Part shown: piece after piece, positions 10,362-20,437 of the stretch
How positions within the stretch are numbered: the first letter of the stretch is position 1
How the letters are laid out: each line of letters begins with the position of its first letter
DNA from: a candidate division FCPU426 bacterium
GTDB taxonomy: Bacteria > Oederibacteriota > JAUXIB01
DNA: 64,000 nt
Direction: 5' to 3'
NCBI GenBank assembly: GCA_030621225.1
Contig: JAUXIB010000001.1
Span: forward strand, 1,253-65,252
Notes under the pieces: generated by a model
What the model was told of the DNA's origin: nothing
What the model saw: only the letters and a program-made list of their open reading frames with translations
The model's database searches: none
Position numbers and translations under genes: made by a program

Positions 10362-10894
10362 GTTTTTCTCCTTATATTCTTCAACTTACTTCGCGCTCTG
10401 CTAAGCGCGGAACGGACGGTTCCTACCGGCAGGGACATGGTATTAGCGATTTCCTGGTAGGAGAGTCCTTGCAGTTCTCTTAACACCAGTAAACTCCTGG
10501 TGCGTGGGTCCAGGCGTGCCAATAGTGTATGGACGGTCAACTTTGCGTCGGCTTTGGACTCTTCCCGCTTTTCGCTGTCAGTCGTGTCAGATAATTGCAG
10601 CCAGCTTAAGAAACGGCGGCGACGCAGTAGATTCAGGCAGTAATTGACCGCCAGGCGATACAGCCAGGTGGTAAAAGAGGCGCGGAAGTTATAACGGCCC
10701 GCTTTGTGGTAAAGGCGCAGGAAGATGTCCTGGGTGGCATCCTCTGCGTCCTGACGGTTCCCCAGGATGCCCAGGGCTGTGCGGTAGACTTGTTCGCCGC
10801 TCATTTCGTATATCACTTTCAACGCCTCCATCTCGCCGGATTGCAGCCGGTGTATGATTTTTTTATCTGGTTTCATGCTTTTATCTTTAGACAC
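10358..10894 (-). CDS. RNA polymerase ECF (sigma-24) sigma factor.
   Basis: Sigma70 region 2 (FTTWLYRLAVNYCLNLLRRRR) and region 4 (LSYQEIANTMSLPVGTVRSALSRAR). Confidence 0.8.
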   Translation of the reverse strand: MSKDKSMKPDKKIIHRLQSGEMEALKVIYEMSGEQVYRTALGILGNRQDAEDATQDIFLRLYHKAGRYNFRASFTTWLYRLAVNYCLNLLRRRRFLSWLQLSDTTDSEKREESKADAKLTVHTLLARLDPRTRSLLVLRELQGLSYQEIANTMSLPVGTVRSALSRARSKLKNIRRKT

Positions 10895-11046
10895 CCAGGA
10901 GATTAAAAAAGTTCCATTGAAATTCGTGTATTATGTAAAAGTGATTGTAGCCACTTGTAGGCTGGCTGTCAAACTGCATTGTGATTAGTGTGCTACGTGT
11001 GACATTGGACGTTTGACGTTAGACGCTGTTATGATACAATCGAGAG

Positions 11047-11814
11047 ATGTTAACGGAATTTGGCTATATATTGACCGGTTTGATCGCTGGTTTCTTTGGC
11101 GGACTGCTTGGCGTCGGTGGTGGGTTTCTAAAGGTGCCGATACTTATTCTGGTTTTCGGCATGCAGATGCACATCGTCCGGGCGGTGAGCTTGATCAGTA
11201 ACGTTTTTATCGCGGCCGCTGCGGCACAACGTTACTGGCGTAAGGATATGATTATTTTTCCAGTCGTGCTGCGGGTGATGGGCTGGGCGATGGCCGCCGC
11301 GCTGGCGGGAGTGATGCTCGGCGATGTGCTGGATGAAAAGGTGATCAGACGTGTCTTTGCGCTATTCCTTGTCTGGGTGTTTGTGGATATTTTGCGGCCT
11401 CGGCGGGGTGACGAGAAGGTTGCGCGGCGGGCCAGGTCCGACCGGGTCGGAGAAGCGGCGGTGGGCGGGCCAATGGGTTTTATGGCGGGTCTACTTGGTA
11501 TCGGCGGCGGGGTAATAGCGGTGCCTTTGGGCCGGCGTATTCTGGGATTGTCCGTAAGGAACGCGATCGCCTGTTCCGTGGCCTTGATAATACCTTCGTC
11601 GCTGGTAGCGTCAGTGCTTTGTGTATATAATGGTGTGCGCTTGGAAAACTTCAGCCTGGGTCAACCGTTATTGGTTTGTCTCTACTTAGTGCCGGGGTCG
11701 ATCGTGGGCGCGCAGCTTGGCGCATACGTTTCATTGCGTATAAACTCACGCTATATTCGTTATATTTTCGCGGCAATACAGCCAATTGTGTTTTATAAGA
11801 TGTGGTTTGGTTAG
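11047..11814 (+). CDS. TSUP-family (TauE/SafE) sulfite/anion exporter.
   Basis: Two 4-TM repeats with GGGF/GIGGG motifs. Confidence 0.7.
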   Translation: MLTEFGYILTGLIAGFFGGLLGVGGGFLKVPILILVFGMQMHIVRAVSLISNVFIAAAAAQRYWRKDMIIFPVVLRVMGWAMAAALAGVMLGDVLDEKVIRRVFALFLVWVFVDILRPRRGDEKVARRARSDRVGEAAVGGPMGFMAGLLGIGGGVIAVPLGRRILGLSVRNAIACSVALIIPSSLVASVLCVYNGVRLENFSLGQPLLVCLYLVPGSIVGAQLGAYVSLRINSRYIRYIFAAIQPIVFYKMWFG

Positions 11815-11910
11815 TAATTCGCGGATTACGGTACATGGGTAAAGAGGACTCGGGACTAGTTGTTCGTTATTGGTAAAAGAGAAATTTGTGGATAAAAAGG
11901 AGTGAAGACA

Positions 11911-12969
11911 ATGCAGAAAGAATCACTGGGTTTTTTGAAAGAGCTGATGGAAACGATCAGTCCTTCTGGTTTTGAGGAAGAAGCGATGAAGGTGTGGAAA
12001 AAGCGGACGGCACGTCACGCCGACAGTGTATCCAGTGACGTGCATGGTAATTCCATCGCTGTACTCAACGCGAAGGGCAAACCACGGGTGATGTTCGCTG
12101 GTCACGCGGACGAGATCGGTTACATGGTCAAGTATATTGACGATAAGGGATACCTCTATTTTGATACCATCGGCGGCGTGGATCTGCACCTGGTGCCTGG
12201 TGAGAGGGTCTGGATCAAGACCGGTCAGGGCCGTGTCCTTGGCGTCATCGGGCGGAAACCTATTCATCTTTTGGAGGTGGAAGAACGCAAGAAGGTTGCT
12301 AAGTTGGATAAGCTTTGGATAGACATAGGTGCCGCGGACGGTAAGCAGGCGGCGAAGGTAGTGTCGATCGGCGATCCTGCCGTGCCCGCGGTCGGTTTTC
12401 AGGTTTTACGTGGTGATAAGGTAGTGGCGCGAGGCTTTGACGACAAGGCGGGAGCTTTTGTGGTTTCCGAGGCGTTACGTCTGCTCTCCCGGAAGCCCAG
12501 GGCGGCGGTGTTCGGCGTAGCTACTGTGCAGGAGGAGCTAGGGTTGCGCGGGGCTACAACGAGCGCTTTTGGCATTGACCCGCAGGTGGGTATTGCCGTG
12601 GACGTGACATTTGCGACTGACTGTCCAGACATGGACAAAAAACGTGTGGGGGACATCAAAGTCGGTGGTGGTCCGGTTATCTCACGCGGCGCTAATGTGA
12701 ACCACAAGGTTTTTGAATTATTGGTGAAGACGGCAAAACGGGAAAAGATCCCCTATCAGATAGAGGCCGCACCGCGCGCTACGGGTACCGATGCTAACGT
12801 TATTCAGTTGACGCGCGCCGGGGTGGCGGCGGGACTGGTCAGTGTGCCCAATCGCTACATGCATACACCGGTCGAGTTGGTTAGCCTGGAAGATCTGGAT
12901 AATACCGCGAAGCTGTTGGCAGCGTTTGTGCTGGGGTTGACCCCCAACACAAAGTTTGAACCATATTGA
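11911..12969 (+). CDS. M42-family aminopeptidase (FrvX/endoglucanase-like).
   Basis: GHADEIGYMV and FDDKAGAFVV motifs. An AGGAG ribosome-binding site lies 8 nt upstream of ATG 11911. Confidence 0.75.
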   Translation: MQKESLGFLKELMETISPSGFEEEAMKVWKKRTARHADSVSSDVHGNSIAVLNAKGKPRVMFAGHADEIGYMVKYIDDKGYLYFDTIGGVDLHLVPGERVWIKTGQGRVLGVIGRKPIHLLEVEERKKVAKLDKLWIDIGAADGKQAAKVVSIGDPAVPAVGFQVLRGDKVVARGFDDKAGAFVVSEALRLLSRKPRAAVFGVATVQEELGLRGATTSAFGIDPQVGIAVDVTFATDCPDMDKKRVGDIKVGGGPVISRGANVNHKVFELLVKTAKREKIPYQIEAAPRATGTDANVIQLTRAGVAAGLVSVPNRYMHTPVELVSLEDLDNTAKLLAAFVLGLTPNTKFEPY

Positions 12970-13242
12970 TTGTTGTCGTGGGTTGTGGGTCGCGAGGCAG
13001 CTAAATAGTTTGTGGTTCGGGAGATGCTCTGAAGTATGAGTAAGGTAGTATCTAGTATCTAGTATCTGGTATCTAGTTTGGTTTCTAAACATTTAGCTGA
13101 GTGAGCCCTTCGACAATGCGCAGAACTAGATACCAAACGCTAACGACCAAAACAGCATACAGGAAAAAGCGCTACTTTAGCGGCAGACTATAGTGGTCGC
13201 AAGACGTTCGCGGCGAACGATGTGCGATATGCGAACAACGGG

Positions 13243-13659
13243 CTAAATATCCGAGAAGCGTCGATCCCAGAAGAGGAGGAAAAGGCCGTACCCTACTCCG
13301 AACAAGGCCAATGCTACCCAGAAGTATTTGGCGCAGGAGAGGTCAGTGTGAGGAAGTTTGATCTTTTCAAAGAAGATGCTCAAGATGCCATAGCTCAGGA
13401 TAACCAGGCCGTTAAACATCAGCAGTACGGAGATCATCAGTCCGGAGCACCTCTTGATCACAGCTAGCAGGAGAGAGGCGATGAGGAACAAGGCGCACAC
13501 GGTTAGCAGGGCGTACAGATAGGACGGCTTTTTTAGTTTGGCCGCTTCCTGAAGATAAAGGGTGACGATGACCAACACATTGGAGAATATCGCCAAGCCC
13601 ATGCTGATGAAAAAAGAAATCGTATGTTTCATTCGTTCGTTACTCATTTGTTCCCCCAT
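13243..13659 (-). CDS. Hypothetical small membrane protein.
   Basis: 138 aa with four predicted TM helices. Confidence 0.35.
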   Translation of the reverse strand: MGEQMSNERMKHTISFFISMGLAIFSNVLVIVTLYLQEAAKLKKPSYLYALLTVCALFLIASLLLAVIKRCSGLMISVLLMFNGLVILSYGILSIFFEKIKLPHTDLSCAKYFWVALALFGVGYGLFLLFWDRRFSDI

Positions 13660-13833
13660 AAATTATATACGCTAGGATTATAGAAAAAAGCCGGGGAATA
13701 GTCAATGATTTCGTGGAGGCATGTTTCGTGGAGGCAGGAAAGCAAGGCGGCGGGACAAGTCGTTGAACGTCAGTATAAAGCGACGTTAGACCTTTGGCGT
13801 TCAGACGCTAGGGGAATGTAAGTCGAACGTCTA

Positions 13834-15171
13834 ATGTCAAATGTCAGCATAAAGTTAAAAGATATGGTAATGGACGAGCAACGAGCAACGCATGTCCGCC
13901 ATAGCTTCGGCGATGGCGGAAGTAACGGGCAACGAAACAGCAAGCCGCTCACGGTGAGTGAGCTAAATTTGCTTGTTAAGGGGAGCGTGGAGTTGGCTTT
14001 CCCCCAGATATGGGTAGAAGGCGAGATATCGAACTTTAAGCACCACGTTTCCGGCCATATGTACTTTACGCTTAAGGACGAGCGTTGCCAGTTGCGTTGT
14101 GTGATGTTTCGCGGGGTAAACAGCCGTCTCGTTTTTACTCCCGCTGACGGTATGAACGTCCGGGCGTGCGGTGGAGTGACCATTTACGAGGTGCAGGGGA
14201 GTTATCAGCTCAACATTAGAGAAATGGAACCGGCAGGTGCCGGCGCTTTGCGGCTGGCTTTTGAAAAGCTCAAGCGCAAGCTTGATGGGGAAGGTCTTTT
14301 TGCCGTCGAGCGCAAGCAGCCGCTGCCCAGCTTGCCCCGTGCTGTGGGTGTCGTTACTTCGCCGGGCGGCGCGGCTATTCGCGATATGTTGCGCGTATTT
14401 GAGTTGAGACGGCTGGGGTTGCCGGTCCTGTTGTATGGTGTGCCGGTGCAGGGGAGAGACGCGGCGCAAAAGATAGCCGGGGCGATAGAGACGCTGAACG
14501 AGCTGGGGGAGGTGGACGTGGTGATCGTTGGCCGCGGCGGTGGTTCTTTGGAAGACCTGTGGTCTTTTAACGAGGAAATAGTCGCCAGGGCAATAGCCGC
14601 GTCGCGCATCCCGGTGGTTTCCGCGGTGGGTCACGAGATAGATTTCACCATATCGGATATGGTAGCTGACTTGCGCGTGCCTACTCCTACCGCGGCAGCC
14701 GAGGCCGTCTGTGACGGGATGGAGGAGCTACGCCTGGAGCTGAGGCAGAGAAAGGGGCGATTGCGTGACGTCTTGGTGCACCTGGTGCAGTTAGCGCGGG
14801 CTCGTTTGCTAGCGGCCCGGCCGGAACGTCTGCGCCAGGTCTGGGACAACTATTGCCAGTCGCGTTACCGCGAGCTGGACGGATTGCTTGAGCGGCTGAT
14901 CGTGGCGCCGGTTTCTTTGCTGAAGGAGAAAACGCATCGTCTGGCCGAATTGCGGGCGCGTCTGGCGCCGTTGGGACCCGCAGACGTTCTGCGGCGCGGC
15001 TATAGCATTACAACGCGGGCGGTGGACGGGAAAGTGATTTCCGACGCGGCGGAGGTGGGTATCGGAGAAAAACTAAGAGTGAGGTTGCATAAGGGAGAGT
15101 TGGGGACGAAGGTGGAGCGGGTAGATCGAAACGGCGAATCGGCGAATCGGCGAGACGGCGAGGATGACTAG
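13834..15171 (+). CDS. xseA: Exodeoxyribonuclease VII large subunit. The start is uncertain because the first ~30 codons overlap a dispersed repeat.
   Basis: OB-fold N-terminus LTVSELNLLVKG...HMYFTLKD, and a catalytic core VVTSPGGAAIRDM...VGHEIDF. Confidence 0.8.
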   Translation: MSNVSIKLKDMVMDEQRATHVRHSFGDGGSNGQRNSKPLTVSELNLLVKGSVELAFPQIWVEGEISNFKHHVSGHMYFTLKDERCQLRCVMFRGVNSRLVFTPADGMNVRACGGVTIYEVQGSYQLNIREMEPAGAGALRLAFEKLKRKLDGEGLFAVERKQPLPSLPRAVGVVTSPGGAAIRDMLRVFELRRLGLPVLLYGVPVQGRDAAQKIAGAIETLNELGEVDVVIVGRGGGSLEDLWSFNEEIVARAIAASRIPVVSAVGHEIDFTISDMVADLRVPTPTAAAEAVCDGMEELRLELRQRKGRLRDVLVHLVQLARARLLAARPERLRQVWDNYCQSRYRELDGLLERLIVAPVSLLKEKTHRLAELRARLAPLGPADVLRRGYSITTRAVDGKVISDAAEVGIGEKLRVRLHKGELGTKVERVDRNGESANRRDGEDD

Positions 15172-15249
15172 CTCTGAGTTATTAGATATGAAATTCGTGT
15201 CCCGAATTCCGAGCCGCGAAATACGAGGTGCGAATAGAGGAGAAAACGA

Positions 15250-15483
15250 ATGCCGAAAGAAGACTTTGATAAACTCAGCAAAGAGTTAGCGGGGATAGTT
15301 GACGAATTGGAAAAGGGCGAAGTAGGCTTGAGTGAAGCGCTGGAGAAATTCAAGAAAGGCACCAAGCTTGCTGAACGCCTGGATACTATTCTCAAGGGTA
15401 CGCAGCAGAAGGTGGAGTTGTTGTCCAAGGAGTTAGACGGCAAGTTGAAGCGGCAGGAGTTTACTGCCGAGAAAGAAGAATGA
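15250..15483 (+). CDS. xseB: Exodeoxyribonuclease VII small subunit.
   Basis: 77-aa helical protein with FEKLSKELAGIVDELEKGEVGLSEALEKFKKG. Confidence 0.75.
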   Translation: MPKEDFDKLSKELAGIVDELEKGEVGLSEALEKFKKGTKLAERLDTILKGTQQKVELLSKELDGKLKRQEFTAEKEE

Positions 15484-15688
15484 GTTATGAATTCTGAATT
15501 ATGAATGCTGAATTGGAAATGCGAACCACTGCTGAATCAGGGCTAACTTCCGGGGCTTTTAATTCTTAACGGAATGTCCTAGCTAACGGTAGTGGTTATA
15601 ATGCATATGGGCCCAAAAACAAATGACTTGACATGCCTTACAATGGGAGTACAATTCTGCTACTATATATATCAGAGGGGAGAACGTC

Positions 15689-16234
15689 ATGCCTGTTACA
15701 ACATGCACAAACATTAATCCACTGTTCACCACAGCGCAAGTGCTTTCGCTTTGCGGCAGCATACTGCTTGCTGGCGGTGGTGCAATATGGGTAGTGCGGG
15801 GAATGTTGGCAAAGATCGAAAAAAACATGGGTACGATCGAAGGCAATATTCGTAGCGATATAGGAAACTTAGAGCTGGATATTAGCACCGTGAAGTCTTG
15901 GTTGGGTAGTTTGCTGGTGAACCTAGAAGGCAAGATAAACAAGACCGCCTTGGCTGATTTAAAGAGACGCTTGGTTGTGAAAGTCACCGCAACGGGCAAT
16001 CCAATATCAAAAGAGCAGGCAGACAAGATTCTTTCCTACCTCGATAGAGTCGGAGCAAAGAAAACGTTTACCCCGGAGGAAGCTTCTGATTTCCAACTTT
16101 TGATTGAGTCCTATGTTACCGATGACGGGGTAAGGGAGAAATACGCCAAGCGACAGAGTGAGCTAGATATTCTCTCAACGATTGCCGGTTCAATCTACAG
16201 CGAATACTACTTAAAGGCGACCGTCAAGAAATAG
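15689..16234 (+). CDS. Hypothetical protein carried as an IS passenger, with an N-terminal TM helix and coiled coil.
   Basis: 181-aa ORF with a GAGGGGAG ribosome-binding site. No recognisable domain. Confidence 0.35.
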   Translation: MPVTTCTNINPLFTTAQVLSLCGSILLAGGGAIWVVRGMLAKIEKNMGTIEGNIRSDIGNLELDISTVKSWLGSLLVNLEGKINKTALADLKRRLVVKVTATGNPISKEQADKILSYLDRVGAKKTFTPEEASDFQLLIESYVTDDGVREKYAKRQSELDILSTIAGSIYSEYYLKATVKK

Positions 16235-16244
16235 CGTAAGGTTT

Positions 16245-17180
16245 CTATTTCTTTGGTCTTATCTTCTCCTCCTCTTTCCACTCCAGCAATAGTTCATAGT
16301 TATCTCCGCACTTGGGCAGTGCTCGTTGGATCAGCCTATACATTGATCCCCATGTCGAGCTAGCCTTCATGAAGCTAATGACTGTATGAATATGCCGCTG
16401 CAAGGCAGGATGCCCTATGTTTTCGGTTAGCCTTTGGTGATAGCGGTGTTTCCTTCTGCCCTTGTCGTCCTTCGGGGTAACACGGCGTAGCTCTGTCAAT
16501 ACACCAGGGGCTAGTCTTTCGTATACGAGATCATTAGTGAACCTGCCAACAACGGATGGTTTTGCTATTTTATTGCCACGCCATTCCCAGTTTCTTAGTC
16601 TGAACATTTCCTTGTAGAACTCATCGGGAAATTGTTTTTCCCATGCCAGCAATTCCTTACTGATAAAGTTCTCCAACACCTTCTGCAAAGCGGATCGAGT
16701 TCGATGATCCTGATATCCCGTAATCTCGTCTATCAAGGCTATGATCCCGACCTTTGCCAAGCCACGAACTACGATCTCTGCCACTTTGGCTATGTGTTGT
16801 TGCTGGTGATGTAGTTTTTCATCTTCTCTGGCTCTTAGAATTGAATCACAAAGCTCTACCAATACGGTCGCTTCATAGCCAACACCGAAAAGGCCTTTGG
16901 GAGTGACGAATGGGATCGGATTCTTGATCACCTCCCTTAATTTTTCGCTAATGTAGGGCTGGAGCGACTTTCCGGCGATAAACTTGGTTAATCTATCCCC
17001 CTTGATCCGCTTATCTCCAGTACCCGGAGACATACCTAGCGTCTTGATCATTCCTGTCTTAGCCAGTACCCGTCTTCCATCTTCGAGTACATAACACGGC
17101 AACTCAAAATCTTTAACCATAAGAGGGTTAGCCGGATCACCAAAAATCGCTTTCATTGCTACTTGTGGTTTATTGGTCAT
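16245..17180 (-). CDS. P63C-domain protein (phage-associated family) carried as an IS passenger.
   Basis: The 311-aa product resembles the P63C family. It overlaps the transposase gene by 4 bp. Confidence 0.45.
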   Translation of the reverse strand: MTNKPQVAMKAIFGDPANPLMVKDFELPCYVLEDGRRVLAKTGMIKTLGMSPGTGDKRIKGDRLTKFIAGKSLQPYISEKLREVIKNPIPFVTPKGLFGVGYEATVLVELCDSILRAREDEKLHHQQQHIAKVAEIVVRGLAKVGIIALIDEITGYQDHRTRSALQKVLENFISKELLAWEKQFPDEFYKEMFRLRNWEWRGNKIAKPSVVGRFTNDLVYERLAPGVLTELRRVTPKDDKGRRKHRYHQRLTENIGHPALQRHIHTVISFMKASSTWGSMYRLIQRALPKCGDNYELLLEWKEEEKIRPKK

Positions 17181-18052
17181 TGAGTGCCTCCCATAGCGTT
17201 TTTGATAGTTAAGTCGAATACTTCTACATCGTCTCTGTGATTGTGCCGATAGCAGAACTCTCGCACATATTTGTTAAGGTGCTTCACGCTCACCTTGTGA
17301 TATTGACCAACAATGCCTCGTTTGAGCAACGCCCAAAAGCTCTCGATATTGTTGGTGTGGATGTCTCCATCGACATAGCACTTCCCGTGGTCAACCACCT
17401 TGTGGTCGATTATCTCCTGCATGCGAAAATAGCTATTGTATTGGTCGGTCATGAGTACAGCATCATCCCTATCTATATTGCCCCGCACTAGCGTTGATAA
17501 TTTCTTGTAACTTAGCTTGGTCGCCTTCTGCGCCCGAACCCTCCCGCCTCTTTCCATCATGCCAACTACTGGTGTTTTCTTAGTACCACGCCCACGCTTC
17601 CTAGGGCCGCCCTTGGTTTTACCGTCACCGCCTTTGCGAGGCTTCCCGCCGATGTAAGTTTCATCCATTTTTGCGATTCCCCGGAGTAGATCGTTGTCAT
17701 CAAACATGGCCCTGCGAATCCGCATGCCCATATACCATGCCGTGTTGCGGTTGACTTCGATGTCTCTCGCTAGTTGCCGGGAACTGATGCCTTTCTTGGC
17801 ATTGAGGATTAAGCTGATAGCAAGAAACCATTTCTGTAAATCAGCCTTGGTCTTGTGGAAGATGGTCGCAACCGTTACGCTATAGGTGGTCTTGCAGTTG
17901 TTGCAGTGATGCCGATGTCCTTTCTTATAGCTTGTGGTATTATGAGATTTGCAGTAAGGGCATTGCGGTTTGCCGTTCCAGCGAACCTTCTCAAGATAAG
18001 CTATGCAAGCATCTTGGGTGGGGAACTGTTTGTAAACCTGGATGATATTCAT
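17177..18052 (-). CDS. IS1595-family transposase with an N-terminal zinc ribbon and an ISXO2-like DDE domain.
   Basis: N-terminus CPYCKS...CNNCKTT. The core contains ISSRQLARDIEVNRNTAWYMGMRIR. Confidence 0.8.
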   Translation of the reverse strand: MNIIQVYKQFPTQDACIAYLEKVRWNGKPQCPYCKSHNTTSYKKGHRHHCNNCKTTYSVTVATIFHKTKADLQKWFLAISLILNAKKGISSRQLARDIEVNRNTAWYMGMRIRRAMFDDNDLLRGIAKMDETYIGGKPRKGGDGKTKGGPRKRGRGTKKTPVVGMMERGGRVRAQKATKLSYKKLSTLVRGNIDRDDAVLMTDQYNSYFRMQEIIDHKVVDHGKCYVDGDIHTNNIESFWALLKRGIVGQYHKVSVKHLNKYVREFCYRHNHRDDVEVFDLTIKNAMGGTQ

Positions 18053-18185
18053 TGTCGTCTCCTTTAGTTGTTGCTACCGTTAACTAAGACGATTATATCA
18101 TCAGGAGATTGGATGTCAAGAGAAATCGTAAAGTATTTTGCTACCTTTAACTAGGACATTCCGATTCTTAATTACAACTCATAAT

Positions 18186-19466
18186 TCAGAGAATCCGTCT
18201 CGCCTTGACAAACCGTTTTTGGTAGTAACTCCCGCTGAAATTTGAACGGGTAACGCCCTTGGAGCAGGAGGCATGGGCGAATTTTCCCTCGCCTACGTAG
18301 ACCCCCACGTGTGAGATGCGGCCGCGGAATTTCATGTCAAAGAAGACCAAGTCACCAGCTTGAAGTTTAGTGCGTTCCACCTTTCTTCCCACCCGCGCTT
18401 GCCGGCGGCTGTTGCGTGGTAACTCTATATCCAGGTCGCGGTAAACAGCGCGAGTGAAAGCCGAACAGTCAATACCCCGCTTGTCCTCGCCGCCGAATTT
18501 GTAGGGGACACCCAGCCATTTAGTTACCGCGGTTTTTAACGCGGCGAAGGGAGTCGATTTGCTACGGCGTTTTTTTGCGGATCGAGCCTGCGCTTTTTGT
18601 ACTATTTTTTCCTCCTGTTGCAGGCGCCGGGAGGTTCTCTTCTTATAATTGGATTGTCGCTGGCGTGATACTATCTTTTCTTGGCGTTGTATTTTTTTCT
18701 TTAGCTTGGGGGATGGAGTGGGTTTTGTTTTGACGGTGCGCCGGAGTTCCTTTTTCTGTTTTTCCTGCTCTTGACGCAGGTGCTTTAGCTTGCGTTCGGC
18801 GGAGGAAAGAGGCCGCCAGCTCTTAGGATATAGCTGGCGCAGGGTACTGACCATGCGCAGGACTATTTCGTCAGCGTCTCGTTTCCCCTGGTCCACATCG
18901 ACCATCATCGCCAGTACGGCCTTTTCATCGTCCAGGCCGCGTTCTACGGCGTAGACCAACCCGCGACAAAGGACGGGCAACAGGCCCTGCCGCCAGTTAT
19001 ATTCCACTGAGTGCAGGATGAATTCGTTATAAACACGTGGCTTTACCGGGGAGTTTTTGAAGTCTTTGAGTGCGTTGGCGGCTTCCAGGATCTTTCCCGG
19101 TTTGACGACTAACCCGTATTCGGCCAGGTCTTCGGCTTCTTCGGCCGGGGCGCCGGCGAGTACGGCGGCAAAGACATTGGCGGCAAGCTGGCCGCAGTCT
19201 TCGAGAGGCATTTGCAGGTAAAGCCCGGTGCCGAGCACTGCCAGGGCTGAGTCATAAGGATAGGCCGTTTCCCGTTCCGGCGCCGGTAGGGAAGCAGTGC
19301 CGGATTTGAATCCTTTGGCAAACGATTTGTTCTGTCCGGAATTCAAGCCTACTTCTTTTTGAATTATCAGCTTTCGCATCGCGTCCCAGTGCGTTTGCGG
19401 CGGACAATATCCCGGCTGAGCCAGTCCCAAACTGACGGCGAGTAACAGGATGATCCTGAATATCAT
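18186..19466 (-). CDS. NlpC/P60 (C40) cell-wall peptidase with a Lys/Arg-rich central linker.
   Basis: The C-terminus GVPYKFGGEDKRGIDCSAFTRAVY...GDLVFF...HVGVYVG carries the Cys-His catalytic pair. The likely start is ATG at complement 19464-19466, with an AGGGAG ribosome-binding site and signal peptide MIFRIILLLAVSLGLAQ. Confidence 0.7.
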   Translation of the reverse strand: MIFRIILLLAVSLGLAQPGYCPPQTHWDAMRKLIIQKEVGLNSGQNKSFAKGFKSGTASLPAPERETAYPYDSALAVLGTGLYLQMPLEDCGQLAANVFAAVLAGAPAEEAEDLAEYGLVVKPGKILEAANALKDFKNSPVKPRVYNEFILHSVEYNWRQGLLPVLCRGLVYAVERGLDDEKAVLAMMVDVDQGKRDADEIVLRMVSTLRQLYPKSWRPLSSAERKLKHLRQEQEKQKKELRRTVKTKPTPSPKLKKKIQRQEKIVSRQRQSNYKKRTSRRLQQEEKIVQKAQARSAKKRRSKSTPFAALKTAVTKWLGVPYKFGGEDKRGIDCSAFTRAVYRDLDIELPRNSRRQARVGRKVERTKLQAGDLVFFDMKFRGRISHVGVYVGEGKFAHASCSKGVTRSNFSGSYYQKRFVKARRIL

Positions 19467-19741
19467 GATTGCTCCCTGGTTGCGTCTAACATCTGAACGC
19501 CTAAGGTCAAACGCCGCTTTATGCTGACGTTCGACCCGCCTTCGCCATGTTACGTGCAAAACATTAATGCTACGGCGTGGCATGCATTTGACGTTGGACG
19601 TTAGACTTGAATTATCTTGACCCAATAGTATCTCCCCCTGCGGTGGTTGTCAACAGCGGACACTACGGTGAACAAGCGATGTTAACGATTTCAATCACGA
19701 CGGATGTCTTGATGGTTGAAGAGCCGTGGTATAATCAGCAG

Positions 19742-20437
19742 ATGGCAATTGATAGGAAGAAGGCATACCATCGTACTTATGACTTGCTACTGAATCATTT
19801 CGGTTCGCGGCACTGGTGGCCGGCCAAGACGCGTTTTGAGGTGATCCTCGGCACCATCCTTACCCAGAATACCTCCTGGCATAACGCCTCGCGGGCGATA
19901 GCCAATCTGCGCGGCGCAGGAGTATTGAGCTATCGCGGCATGCAAGCGGTGCCGATAGCCCGTCTGCGGCGCTTGATCAAGCCCGCCCTTTATTTCAATA
20001 CCAAGGCCCGCTATTTAAAAAATATTCTCGCCTATATGCGGGCCAACGGTAACGGGAACCTGAAAGTATTTTTTCGCGGAAACGGGGAAGAACTCCGGCG
20101 ACGGCTCTTAACCGTTAAAGGGGTCGGCGAGGAGACCGCTGATTCCATTCTGCTTTACGCGGGTGAGCTACCTACTTTTGTGGTGGATGCCTATACGCGG
20201 CGGATCTTTTCGCGTCTTGGGCTGATGGCTGAGGACGTTAGCTACGCTGAGATGAAAGGCGAATTCGAAAACCACCTACCGCGGCGCGTAAAGTTGTATA
20301 ATGAATATCATGCGCTGATAACTACTTTTGGTCACCGCGTCTGCAAGAAACAGCCATTATGTGATCAGTGCCCGTTGCGGCGGGACAAGAGACTAACCAG
20401 TATGCTGAGGAGATCAAAAGGATGTCTGGCGAATTAG
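19742..20437 (+). CDS. HhH-GPD superfamily DNA glycosylase (endonuclease III-like) with a C-terminal Cys cluster.
   Basis: Motifs EVILGTILTQNTSW and VKGVGEETADSILLYAG, with a catalytic Asp in VDAYTRR, and CKKQPLCDQC. The start is uncertain; alternative ATGs lie at 19607 and 19712. Confidence 0.55.
   Translation: MAIDRKKAYHRTYDLLLNHFGSRHWWPAKTRFEVILGTILTQNTSWHNASRAIANLRGAGVLSYRGMQAVPIARLRRLIKPALYFNTKARYLKNILAYMRANGNGNLKVFFRGNGEELRRRLLTVKGVGEETADSILLYAGELPTFVVDAYTRRIFSRLGLMAEDVSYAEMKGEFENHLPRRVKLYNEYHALITTFGHRVCKKQPLCDQCPLRRDKRLTSMLRRSKGCLAN

Larger units (their letters stand above)
15560..18174. mobile_element. IS1595-family insertion sequence of ~2.6 kb, with imperfect 33-34 bp terminal inverted repeats and two passenger genes.
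   Basis: The left IR TAATTCTTAACGGAATGTCCTAGCTAACGGTAG lies at 15560-15592. The right IR at 18141-18174, read as its reverse complement, is TAATTAAGAATCGGAATGTCCTAGTTAAAGGTAG. No clear target-site duplication is visible. Confidence 0.55.

Noticed and set aside
13963-14634. 223-aa minus-strand ORF inside xseA.
   Set aside because: It is antisense to the conserved xseA core.
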